Part shown: piece by piece, positions 52,061 through 64,000 of the stretch
Layout: each line of letters begins with the position of its first letter
How positions within the stretch are numbered: position 1 is the stretch's first letter
Assembly: GCF_001194135.2 (NCBI RefSeq)
Contig: NC_068986.1
Span: 41,325,256-41,389,255 of the forward strand
Direction: 5' to 3'
DNA: 64,000 bases
Source: Octopus bimaculoides
Taxonomy: Eukaryota
Notes under the pieces: generated by a model
Database searches by the model: none
What the model was told of the DNA's origin: nothing
What the model saw: only the letters and a program-made list of their open reading frames with translations
Translations under genes and position numbers: made by a program

Positions 52061-53254
52061 ATATGTTTAGGGCCTATTTTTTCCTTAAGTGCATTGCTAA
52101 GAAAGTAAAGCAGTTTTAACCGAGGATTGAAACAGCTGTTGTGGAGATTAATTTTAGTATGTTTGTTGAATTTGCTTATTTACTATATAGCACTGTTCAT
52201 TTACTCCTTATACCGATGACTGTAACAGCTCTACCAAAGAGACCAAGTGAGATATACAGTCCAAAAGTAATACTATGGATATGGAGAATGAATTGGTGAT
52301 GAAAAAAATGTCAATGAATTAGAGCCAATAGTGAAATGTAAGGGTATGTAGTAGCAGACTTTGGATATCAAAACAATGATAAGCATTTTAATGCAGGAAA
52401 TAAAAACCAGTCAGAGGAATCTAGCTGTGAGCTACATTGGCAAGAATCATTTAATAAAGTTCACATAAATTTCTATGCCATAGAGAGACATGAATATTGA
52501 CTATTGCTGCAGGGGGACCTGAATAGTTGAACAGAGGATTTCTTCAATTGAAGAGAGTTATGTCTTCTATTTAGGAACAATATATTATGTTAAGTATATT
52601 ATGCAGAAAATGTGAAATATAGTGTAACCATGTAAGAAAATTTTGAATGCATACCTAGTATGATTATATTGATTGAGCATAAATTGGAAGCAAACTAGAA
52701 AAATTTAATTGTGCCTTAGAGTGATTTAGTTAATGTCTAGTACTTTTAGGGTTTTCCCTTTACTTTCATATTGCTTTGGGCCTTAATATTGATATACTTT
52801 ATTATCTTTCCATTTAATCAATTGTGAAATGATTCAATCTTGGCACTATTAACTACCGAGTAATGTGTTCATTTCCCATTAGATTAGTTCAGTGCTCTAT
52901 CAATGAATGAATGAATTATTTTCTCTTATCAGCTGTGATGCTAAATATTTGGTCAGGACATGTTCAATGTCTTACCTCTTGCAATATGAAAGTATATGAA
53001 TGTAAACCTCTTTAGTTGATTCAGACATTGACTCTTTTTTTTCCCCAATCACTAAATCAGTGATGCCAATTGTCATTGGACTTTGAACAATCACATATCT
53101 TTTCATTATGGTATGCTATTTTAAATTTCAAGAAATTTTTAAAATGAACTGTGTTAGAATAAAAAGAGTGCATTTTTATGAGATTTTTAGTTCTGCTAAC
53201 GGAGAGGATTAACCAATTGTCTTACGAAGAATTTCTTACCTGTCTATATTAGAA

Positions 53255-53522
53255 GTGTTGGTACTCCGTCGCTTACGACGTCGAGGGTTCCAGTTGATCT
53301 GATCAATGGAACAGCCTGCTCGTGAAATTAACGTGCAAGTGGCTGAGCACTCCACAGACATGTGTACCCTTAACGTAGTTCTCGGGGATATTCAGTGTGA
53401 CAAGGCTGACCCTTTGAATTACAGGCACAACAGAAACAGGAAGTAAGAGTGAGAGAAAGTTGTGGTGAAAGAGTACAGCAGGGTTCGCCACCATCCCCTG
53501 CCGGAGCCTCGTGGAGCTTTAG
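53255..53522 (-). mobile_element. Family D SINE cut by the 53523-53670 gap
   Basis: Near-identical to 30812-31090. Confidence 0.9.
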
Positions 53523-55030
53523 NNNNNNNNNNNNNNNNNNNNNNNNNNNNNNNNNNNNNNNNNNNNNNNNNNNNNNNNNNNNNNNNNNNNNNNNNNNNNN
53601 NNNNNNNNNNNNNNNNNNNNNNNNNNNNNNNNNNNNNNNNNNNNNNNNNNNNNNNNNNNNNNNNNNNNNNTCTTTGTTAAAAATCCCAAACACGCTTAAC
53701 CAGCCCAATCCAAATTGACCTATGGAAAACTGTAATATTGCTTCAATTATTACTCTACAAATATACCCCTTCTAATGGCCAATATTTTATAGGGACTGAC
53801 AACTGGAAGAGCCAAGGCAATAAGAGCTCTGGCTCACAATATTACTTGGAAAATAGCCCAGAAATTGTTGCTGAATAAAGACATAGGTCTGTTTGAAGAC
53901 CTTTGCCATGCTGAAACTGATAAGATCTGAACCTGGGATGCAAAGGACTAATGTTTTTCAGTTGTGTTGTTTGAACATGAAATAATCAACATTTTCTTTT
54001 TTTTTTTTAGCCAATGAATGGCTTAGGCAATGATATATTGTTTTCAAATGTAATCTAAAGTTGCAATGAATACTTAGATTTAATTGCAACAAATACTGGC
54101 TACATAAAGACTCATCAGCATCTTAGAGTGATAACTGTAATAATATGATGGCTGTAGCATGCTAAAGACTAAAAAAAATTGATCTTATTGGTTTTATAAA
54201 AGTAACATTAAAGATATTCATTTTACTAAGCATGTAGGTAATATGGCTGATAAAATTAACTACTTTCGCATTCTTTAAAAAATATTGTTAAAAAATGTAA
54301 AGCTCAATGTTGAAAGGAAGAAACTAATCTACAGATAAATATAACCAGTGCCTATGCTGTTTTATTCTGAAGTACAAATTTCTATTGAAGAGAAAGCCTT
54401 GTTATTATGACAAACAAAAGATTATTTAGATAAGACATTCTAGTTTAACATTTAATTGAACAGATATGGTAAAACTGAACTGTATCAAATAAGTGTATGA
54501 AGAAGTTTTCTGTAGCCAAGATATCAGAATAGTTTGATTACACAAGGATAATATCGACAGCTAAACAAAAGAAACCTTACACAGTATTGGATTAAGAGTA
54601 TGGCATGTAATATGTACAGACTTGAAAATACAAGTTAATTAGCTTTTGGCTTTTCCATCTCTGTCTCAGTGGTTAAGAACAGATAAAGTCATTAAATTAC
54701 AAGCTAGATAGTCTGTACATGTAGTCAGATGTTCTCTGCCCACAATGATTATGATAAGATAATACACTTGTTTTTTTGCAATGTAATTTGCAAAGTAAAT
54801 GTAAAAGATTGGGAGGTGACTATAAAAACCATTTCAGTTGCCAGGCACCATTAAAATACAATAAATATTTTGGATTTTTTGTAGGCCTTATCACCATAGT
54901 TTGATTTTTGGGAAGTTAAATTCATACCAAACCAATGGATAAACAATTCAAATGCAAAGTATGTTAAACTGTCTGAATGCTGATAAGTAGCTAAAGAGAA
55001 GTTAAAAATTCTGTTTTAAAAGTTTTCAGG

Positions 55031-55183
55031 TGTGGTAAGTAGCTTGCTTACCAACCACATGGTTCCAGGTTCAGTCCCATTGCGTGGCACCTTGGGCAAG
55101 TGTCTTCTACTATAGCCTCGGGCCGACCAAAGCCTTGTGAGTGGATTTGGTAGATGGAAACTGAAAGAAGCCTGTCGTTTATA

Positions 55184-55244
<61 letters not shown>

Positions 55245-55456
55245 TTGCCCCCCCCCCCAACATCGCTTGACAACCGATGCTGGTGTGTTTACATCCCCGT
55301 AACTTAGCAGTTCAACAAAAGAGACCGATAGAATAAGTACTAGGCTTACAAAGAATAAGTCCTGGGGTCGATGTGCTCGATTAAAGGCGGTGCTCCAGCA
55401 TGGCCGCAGTCAAATGACTGAAACAAGTAAAAAGAGTAAAAAAAAAAAAAAAGAGT
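55031..55456 (+). mobile_element. Family C SINE, 5'-truncated, with A-rich tail
   Basis: Near-identical to 18507-19075. Confidence 0.9.
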
Positions 55457-56029
55457 AATATAAATCCATTAGTGTTTTCAATACTTCATGTGTGTATACA
55501 TACTGCCAACCTTCTGTACCAGCAAGCAATGTGTAAAATATCTGATGTCAAATTTGTTAGCCCAATTTTTAAAACTAATTTTGCAGGTAAATAAAAGATA
55601 ATACTAAATAATTTCAAAAATACTATATAGCTTTTGAATTCTTGCAATATAGCAATTCAGGAATACTATTTTTAAAAAATCAAAAGATGAAACTACAGTT
55701 AGATAGCATTGGATTTATTCAGTGTTGGCTTTTATTTACTCAACTACTGCCCTCTTTTCAGTACTGTGTAGACTGTTGTCCGTTCATACATTGTATAATT
55801 ATTTCTATTTTCTTTTTCTTTTTTGTCAATAATCATCACTATTAAGAGTTTATAAGTTTCTGATGCATTTAGAGGATAATTTTCATTTGTTGGTTCTATA
55901 TGAATGTAACATGGCCAAACTTGAGCTATAACTTCATTTCCTATTGAAGAGGAATATTTATAATAACATGGCTGTGGAATAGTGTTATAAATATTCCTGA
56001 TCAATAGGAAATATTCATGTATGGGAAGA

Positions 56030-56350
56030 ACAAATAGTGTATATCTTCAGGTGTTCTTTCTTGGAAAAAACATCCTTCCAAGGAAGATACAATAAGCTTC
56101 TTAAAGTATCAGACGCTATTAGAGAAAGAAGAATTTGCTTTGCTGGGTACTAGAGAACTAAAAAGGTGTTGGTTAGTGACATCTTACTAAGGATACCTTA
56201 AAATGGTTGTAATGGCATTATTTGTCCTGCAAAGACATCAATCAATTTAGGCTTGATGATACTCAATATCATGAGAGAAACTATCAAAATACCTTGAAAA
56301 AAAGAAGTGGGTGGGTATTAGAGCCATGAAAAAATTCAAGCAAGCTTAGC
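56030..56350 (+). mobile_element. RTE-like LINE relic
   Basis: SWKKHPSKE...KVSDAIRERRICFAG....VSDILL resembles the RTE RT C-terminus; frameshifted. Confidence 0.5.
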
Positions 56351-57159
56351 CTACTCATGAGGATGATATCAATAGAAGCTTTTCACACCATGCTTAAAGT
56401 TTTGATAACTTTTCTCACAAGAATTATGTGTTCTTCAATTTTGCCTATTCATACAAACCAGGAGAAAAAAAGGGAAAATTCTTTCAGAATGGTGAAAGAA
56501 CCTGCTAATATACTAAAGGTTACCAGTCTTTCACATCAAGCAATATCTCCTTTACACTTCCAATACGTTGGAACATTCAGAATACATGTACAGAAAAGAA
56601 CATCAAACCACACTGTGTAATAGACAATGAATCTGGAATGGTAAGAACTAGAACATTGAAGCAGACAACGATTTTGATGAAATCTACAAATACAGTGAGA
56701 AAATGTGTTAGATTGAGGACTTTAGCCTCAACTATGAATTTTTACTAGAACCTGTCAGCAGAAACTGAATTGGCTTTTGTCATACATTTTAAAATAATGT
56801 TAAGCCCAGAAGTTGAGCTGATTTAAAGGTATCGATTTGTGAGATGAAACACCTATTGACATGTTATTAGAAACACTGATCACATGGTTAAGACATGTAA
56901 TTAAAACCCTTCTCTTTCCAAAGACTGTAAGTCCTTTGTTCATGACGGAATGTGAAGCTATCCACAGAGGCCAGGTAATTAGGGAGTTGAAATGAGTTAT
57001 GGGCAGAAGTTGCACACTGAAAACTAGCTTATTTGTATGGAGTATCCTAGATACAGATGGTATTACAACAAATGACCCTACTCTCAATGTCTTCCTTATA
57101 TTCTAGTGAAAAACTGCATGCAACTCCTACACAATTTAATCATAGTTTAACTCTTGATA

Positions 57160-57376
57160 TTAACTCACTTGGGACTGCCTCTCATTTTCTGGTACCAACT
57201 TCCTGTTTTAAAGTGATCTAAATTAAAAGTTTCCATCAAATTTTAAAGTTAATTTGTGTTTCAAACAATGTTCCAGTGCAATTATGACAGTCATTTTACT
57301 AAATTCTTCATAACTTTCAAAATTAATTGAAACAAAGGTAGTGTATTTCAACAAAATATGGTAACAAAATGTTTAA
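57160..57376. mobile_element. TTAA-type MITE relic, same family as 29095-29357
   Basis: Shared internal blocks; ends ttaactc...tgtttaa. Confidence 0.55.
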
Positions 57377-58377
57377 GGAAGATCTAGAGAGAACCTATCA
57401 ATGTTATTATCAAAGATGTGACAAAGACTCAATGTTAATAAGCTTATAGTCTAATAAGTGCATATTATGTTAATAATGAATACATAATAATTTCTTGCAT
57501 AAGGCCATCGATTTTTGTAGGGAAGGCATATGGTTGATTGCATTAACCTCTGTACTTACAATTTCTTAACTGGCTAGCAGTATTTAATTGCAGTCTACAA
57601 TCCTATGCATAATGAGTTCAAATTCCACCAAGATCGACTATACTATTCATGCTTTCAAAGTCAAATAAATAAAGTACCTTTCAATAACTATGACTGATTT
57701 AAATTCCTGCAATGCATCCCTAGATGAGAATGGAAGTATAACAGAAGAGAAGCTGTGAGATCAAAGTTAATCTCACTCAGAACATTGAACATGCATGTTT
57801 GGGCATCCAGCTTGTTACTTTGTTTCAAGTTTAAGTTTCAAACACACACACACTGACACACATGCACACAGCAACATTTCCAACACAGTTCTCTTGATAT
57901 CAGTACTAACCACATAAAAATTATGTAGGAATGTTTGTTTAGTTGTTTTATTTGGCTGAAACATTTTCCAGTGGCAACAAAAAATATCAGTTTTAAACAT
58001 TTAATACATAATAAACTAGAAATAAGCAATAAAGCTTATATTGAAAAGAAATATAAGAGTCTATATTCACATGTCAATACAGTCATCCGAATTTCACAAC
58101 ACCATAAAATGACAGCATTTCGATAATGGCAATTCAATTAACACTGTTAACGTTTTCGTTACACCTACCAGTTTTCCTATGATATGCTACAGTAAATTAG
58201 AGGCCAATATAATGTTGCAGATATGATATCTTTAATTAATCGAGACCATATATATCACTCAGTATGGGACGAACATCGTAGCAAAACCTTGTTGTTTAAC
58301 CTCAGTTCGGCCCAGGTGGAAATATCTAAAGGAAAAACGTTCTAGACATGACCTAGCATGGGTTTTTTTCTTTCTAG

Positions 58378-59083
58378 GGATCTGTTCAGTTTCGCTCACA
58401 GATTTTTCAATTATTATTTTTTAACCAATCAGCTTGAAACTTCGTATACTGGTGTAATTTCTCACGTTGAACACGGTTTACTTTCAATATTATTGACAAA
58501 ATTTCATGCCACCTTTATCCTTTCTTCTTATCTAGTCAGCACCGTGCATTTCTGACTCTCTCCCTCTCTGCTGACAAACAGCCACTTCTACACTATCAAC
58601 TACCAAGCAGCGAGAAAATTTGTTGTCACTGCCACTACACTTACTGCTGTATCACTAACTATATGTCGGGCAAACGAATAAATACATGTAAATAATATTT
58701 CTTCCTTCTTGGTGTTGATTCTTCGATGTTTACTGGTTACTCCTACGCAAGAACAAAAAAAAAAAAAAGCGCGTAGTATGCAACACAAGCAGTAAACAAA
58801 AATAAAATTGAACAGAGTGGTGACATTTAGTAGAGATGACCCAGAAGTTGTTGCTCTTCGATTACTATCGCAAACAGTAGTAGCATGAATACACATCGTT
58901 GATTGATTAAAAGTACCCAAATATGACAACTTTAATACGAAATAACTTCTAAAATACGAAATTTTGTCAAAAATGTTGAAAGTAAACCGTGTTCAGCGTG
59001 AGAAATTACACCAGTATACGAAGTTTCAAACTTTAGTTTAAAAAAATAATTTTAAAAATCTGTGAGCGAAACTGAACAGATCC
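58378..59083. mobile_element. Non-autonomous DNA transposon (MITE) with TIRs of about 130 bp
   Basis: ggatctgttcagtttcgctcacagat...gacaaaatttc (58378-58507) is inverted at 58959-59083; flanking direct repeat ctttctag at 58370-58377 and 59084-59091. Confidence 0.9.
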
Positions 59084-59139
59084 CTTTCTAGATATAGGAT
59101 ACTATCATTCATTGTCACCATTATTTAATGTATTCTTCC

Positions 59140-59305
59140 TATGAGCCACAGATAGAAGCCTCTTGGTGATTGCTTGACCTGGTGGAAATAGGAGACAAAT
59201 TTCCCTTAAATCACATCATACCAATTCATTCGATTAAAAATTATATAAGGTGGTGCCCCAGCATGGCCGCAGTCTATTGATTGAAAAACAAGTGAAAGAT
59301 AAAAT
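59140..59305 (+). mobile_element. SINE 3' tail relic
   Basis: ggtggtgccccagcatggccgcagtc...aaacaagtgaaagata matches the family C tail. Confidence 0.6.
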
Positions 59306-59661
59306 ATACTCTTCTAAAATCTGCTTTTTTTATGCTTAACATGTTCAGAAATTAAAATCTTTGTTCTCTAAATAGATTGTTGGGTGATGATCAAAACTTC
59401 TGTTATCAAACAGTGCCTGAGAACAATGTTCGTCTGACGGTGTGTAGGTAATGGTATAGACTATCTTTGGAAAACGTAGGTACGTAGAATGGTGCACTGA
59501 AATGGCTCAACCGAGATTCCAGTATATTTAATTCCTACTCTGTTCACAAGGAATTATGCATCAGTGGACTCTAACATACTTGATTTAGTGAACCGCAAAA
59601 ATTTTATTAAAATTATACACTTCGGGCTGAGAAAATGTTATCTAATTGACCAATTCCTTGT

Positions 59662-59697
<36 letters not shown>

Positions 59698-60490
59698 CAG
59701 CGGAAACAGACCTGGGATGGATCTTTTCGGTTTGGTTGCCAGCGGCTCCAAATATTAATGTTTACCGAAAATTTTTGAATTCGACAATAATACACTTGCC
59801 TAAACTAAATTGCTGGAGCTGTTTCATTTTTTCCAGAAAAATGTTTTTAGATAGTTACAGTGGTTTAAAGTTTGATCATTTTTCATCCAGTCAGGAAATA
59901 GGATTTGGAAGCTGTCATTTTATGCTTGACAGCACATTTTGTCGTCAACATTCTGAAAATAGCATGTGTTGTCAATATTTGTAAATAGTACATGTTGTGT
60001 CTCCAGTAATTTTCTTTCATGTAAATAAATGTTTGTTAATTTAAAAGATTTATCCAAAAAATCTTAACTGTTATTTTTAGCACACTTCACAACCACCTCA
60101 ATGCTCAATGAAACAAAGAAACCATAATAGAAACGAAATTACTGGAGTTTGCTGCTATAATCACACAGAACGCAGCGTCAAATTTGTCAACACGTGCTTC
60201 CTCGCAGATAAAAGACCTTTTAAAGACTTACTATGGCAACAGGCAAAAGAATTCTTATGTTCCGCTTCTTACTATTGAAACAGCCATGAATGTTTCTGTG
60301 GCTTAAGATGGCTAAAATTACCAACATTTTCAAACTTTAATTACTGATAACTCTTAAGTTAATGATTTATAGCGAAAATTACTTTCGCATTATTAATTAG
60401 CCGATAAAAGTATATCATTACACTGAATATGAAATCAATTCGAACAGAAAATTGACACTGGCAAGCAAACAGAAAAGATCCTCTGAGGAT

Positions 60491-60656
60491 CACTAGCGTA
60501 GATAGTGATGGTAGCTTGGTCCACCCCGGGCGGTACTTTTAAAGGGGTACCACTTTTGGGTCTGCTGTAGGCAATATGTGTTTTATGTGGGGCCCGGAGT
60601 GGGGGCGGCAAACGGAAGGACGGTCGCGGGCAGCACACACTCTAGGTACACTAGTG
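60491..60656. mobile_element. Small GC-rich MITE-like element
   Basis: Ends cactagcgta / tacactagtg (9 of 10 inverted); flanks ctgaggat / cctgagat form an imperfect TSD. Confidence 0.45.
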
Positions 60657-61319
60657 CCTGAGATGTAAAATAATTGAAATAATTAAAACTAGAATTCGGT
60701 GGAGGAAGTGAATCTGATTATTTTTATTGAATGGTGTTGATTCAACGACATATTTTTTACATTACTGGATTTTATTAATAGAGTCGTCACTGCTTATCTC
60801 AAAATGGCTGGAGATATCTCGGTTTCCGTGAATGAGTCCTAATTTAAGCATCCGTTCAACTTAATTTTCCATGGAGCAGATAAACCTGGATATTTTCTCC
60901 AGTCATACTTTTAAGCAAAAAATGCAACCTCCATCGTTAACTCCAGTGAGTATTCCACTTGTTCAAGCGACAAAACAACTGACTCGTTGAATTTTAGATG
61001 TATACGGTTGCGTATTCGAAACACTTGGTTCCACCCAAACTTACAGCCGAAGATAATAGCCGAAGGCGTTGCGCAGTGGGTTGGAACACGGACTCTCACT
61101 ACAATATTGTGAAGTGAACCATCATAGCACCATACCTCCCACATATCTATATACTGAGCATAATCTCCGCCCACTACGTTACTTAGATTTTGGCCAGTTG
61201 ATACTGTAACGTACTTGAGTGAAATTCCTCTCCTCTCTATTATATATACATACATACGAACGTAATAGATAACAGCTAGCCTTTGGCTACATTTTGGACC
61301 CTGTTGTGTCCACTACTCT

Positions 61320-61385
61320 GATTGGTTGGTATTGGCGCAATTTGTCTCTTGCTCTATCGCGCACCAATATGCAATTCAACCAATC
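61320..61385. promoter_or_regulatory. Four CCAAT boxes in inverted arrangement (candidate NF-Y or bidirectional promoter)
   Basis: ATTGG at 61321 and 61331, CCAAT at 61364 and 61380, in a CpG-retaining region. Confidence 0.35.
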
Positions 61386-62759
61386 GCAGCCTTCAAATAA
61401 CTTTTCCTCGTCTCGATGTCTTTGGTTTCAGACCTTTTAAGGTCTAGCCACTGACCACACAAGTTCCAGTGACAACACAACAGCAGCCACGTGGAGAATT
61501 CATCAACTTCGTCCAACAGCATTCAGTGACCTCCATCTCCGTCACCACTATTTGTCCTAACGTCAACATCTCTCTACGTACCCGCCCAGGTTACAACACT
61601 GCACTGTTCGTGAACTACTTCACCATGGATCAACAGCAAATATACAACCTGTGAGAACGTCTGTACCAAGTGACCCAGGCAGCAGCAGCACAGCCACAAC
61701 TTCACATACGACATGTACTGCAACCGGCTCTGCATCATCGCCGCAACTTCTTGATACAGTATTTCAACTATCGTGTATAACTGACTACGAACTGGTGTTT
61801 ATCATTCTTGTGTCTATGAACTTACTCCTCACTTTGATGGCTATAGACTCTTTCGCTGTCTCTTCTTCATCGCCATCCTTATATGTTCTTAATAAGCATA
61901 CGTCTATGCATACATACACCGCATATATCTTATTCTTATGACGGCCTATCTATTAATCTGTATATCTGCCGCACACACAATCACACATGTTAACATATCA
62001 ATAAGTTTTCTCTTAAACATTCTACCCGGTTGTGTCTCTTATTTCCCCCTGACACATATATGCATTGTTCTATTTATATTTATTGTATCGACCATGTGAT
62101 GTACTAAGGAACCATACTCATCACCTCACTTCGCACGGACGTCACAAATCGGCGACCCGTTCCAGCTCCTTGAAACTACAAAACAGTTATAATGGGAGAA
62201 GGAGATACTCCACGGGTATCTAAACCTTCAATTCCATTATACATGATAAACTATTGCTCCACACACCTCGCGGCACACATTGAACCAGTCAGTTATTGTA
62301 TTTTTAGATTTTCCTGTTAGTCACAAAAAATAATAGTTCTGAAAATCTCACCCAGGCTCAGCTTGCAGTTTAATTTGTTGTTAATGTCCGTATAATGGAA
62401 AACAGAGGATTGATGGATATTTGGCATTGATGGATATTTAGCAGCAGATTGCTTATTATTAAAAAGTATTTACCCTATCAACATTCTCACGTGTTTAACA
62501 AAAGACAAAAATTGAAAGGCTGTGGATTTCCTAGCTGTGTTTTCAACGATGACTTTTCAGTTGTTCCACAGATACGTATACACCTAACTCAGTTCTCATA
62601 TCGAAGCAGCATGACACAGAGTGATAAGGCTAGATCTTCGAATTAAGGTTACAATCCAGAAAGGGGAAGGAAGCAGAATTGACTCCTGCACTGAACTTGT
62701 AACTTGTAACGGGCTAAATTTCATGACCTTTTATGTTTAATTTTTTTCTTTCCTATTTT

Positions 62760-63605
62760 TTCAGGAACAGCTTGGTACATTGGAGAGCAGTCAACGCTGT
62801 TGGAGAGTATAAAGATTAAAGTTGTAGTTGAGAAAAAGTTAGGTGACATCAGGGATTGGAGGTCATCTGGATATTGGAAAAGTGTAACCTGTATCATGAT
62901 GATTCGTGCTAGATGTCAAAATGTCGACACCATGACTGCTACTCAATGCTCTGTGAACACTAAGGGCTGTAAGACGTGACATGGACATCATGAAAACTAA
63001 GTTTCCATAAGGTGTGATAGTCTTTGGGGGTGACTCCATGCGGCTCCACATCCTTGAACAGGGCCTTAGGCTCAATTCAGACGGTTATGTAAAGCTGCTG
63101 GAGACTGTGGTCAAACTCTGGCTGGTGGCTGCTGGTTGCTGGAAGCTTACATGTGTGGCAGCAGCATTCGGCTTCTTGCCATACCTCCGGAAAAAGTCAG
63201 ATGTGGTTTCGGAGAATTTCTAAGATTTCACTAGCCCCAATTTCTGGCCTCCTAAATACCCCGATAGTTATACCTTGGATAACTAAGTGTGGAGCATGGT
63301 TGAGAAAGACACCAACCTCTCTGCCTGCAACACCAGGGTCGAGAAGGTAGCCAACATCAAGATGTTCGAAGAACTTCCCAGGAACACAGTGAGGGACACA
63401 TGCACCAGGTTCCTGAGCCGTCTTAAAGTCGTGGTGGTAACTGGGGTCGGCTCCTTTGAATAAACTATTATCATCCAGCCATAATCTACTTTGTTGTTTC
63501 AGTTTTGTTTACTTTTTGAATATCATTCATGTACTGCTTTGCAGTAGTAGCCAGAGCATATAGACTGGCGTTGATCTGCCAAAATGTGGGTCCATCACAC
63601 TGCTG
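62760..63605 (+). mobile_element. Internally deleted Tc1/mariner-superfamily transposase relic
   Basis: IMKTKFP..VIVFG...HILEQGLRLNSDGYVKLLETVVK, WQQHSASCHTS.KSQ.W, FWPP..PD...LD..VWSMVEKDTN and TVRDTCTRFLSRLKVVV, with stops. Confidence 0.85.
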
Positions 63606-63697
63606 TAAATACTCATCATTAATTTTAATACCGTATCTGATGGTTTTTTACTTACTTTGGTAGAGAATACTCTCTCCTCCAGTATGTAAGTGAGTAT

Positions 63698-63981
63698 TAT
63701 GTATGTATGTATGTATGTATGTATGTATGTATGTATGTATGTGTGTGTGCGTGTACGCGTGAGAGTGTCTTTGTGGCTTTGTGCTTGTACTTGTCCCCGC
63801 CCACGTGATAACCAGTGCTGGTTAGTTTATGGTCCTGAAACTAGAAGTTCGACCAAAGACATTAGATAGAAAAAGTACCCGACTTAAAAAAATAAGTACT
63901 GTGATCGGTTTGTTCCACTAAACCCTTCAAGTTGGTGCCCCAACATGGCTGCAATCCAATAACTCAAACAAGTAAAAGATA
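63698..63981 (+). mobile_element. (TATG)n plus 3' half of a diverged family C SINE
   Basis: ggtgccccaacatggctgca...aaacaagtaaaagata tail. Confidence 0.7.
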
Positions 63982-64000
63982 TGGACATCGAAAGGTAGGA

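Overview
AT-rich, microsatellite- and repeat-dense eukaryotic DNA with four short N gaps. The repeat families look like those of octopus genomes; this is recognition from memory, not a search. One spliced + strand gene dominates. Six phase-compatible coding exons (7589-8751, 33699-33747, 35278-35510, 36142-36287, 37551-37702, 41351-43320) join into at least 1237 codons; the start exon was not located. The protein has three parts: an acidic N-terminus with several SUMO-interacting-motif-like (SIM) sequences, an RBR-RING1-type zinc finger split by a 25-kb intron, and a C-terminal PARP7/11/12-like mono-ADP-ribosyltransferase domain (H-Y-I triad). The most unusual feature is an in-frame, stop-free insertion of about 574 aa inside that catalytic domain. 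It is rich in Gln, Pro and His and carries a three-copy motif. A second short exon candidate (8932-8974) has the same phases as the RING-completing exon and could be mutually exclusive with it or a poison exon. The rest is mostly decayed mobile DNA: a Gypsy LTR relic, RTE, CR1-like and HERO-like LINEs, SINE families, a Helentron-like element, MITEs and a Tc1/mariner relic. Also present are local duplications, hairpins, a sharp CpG-content boundary near 58 kb and weak minus-strand exon candidates. No rRNA, genuine tRNA or CRISPR array was found.
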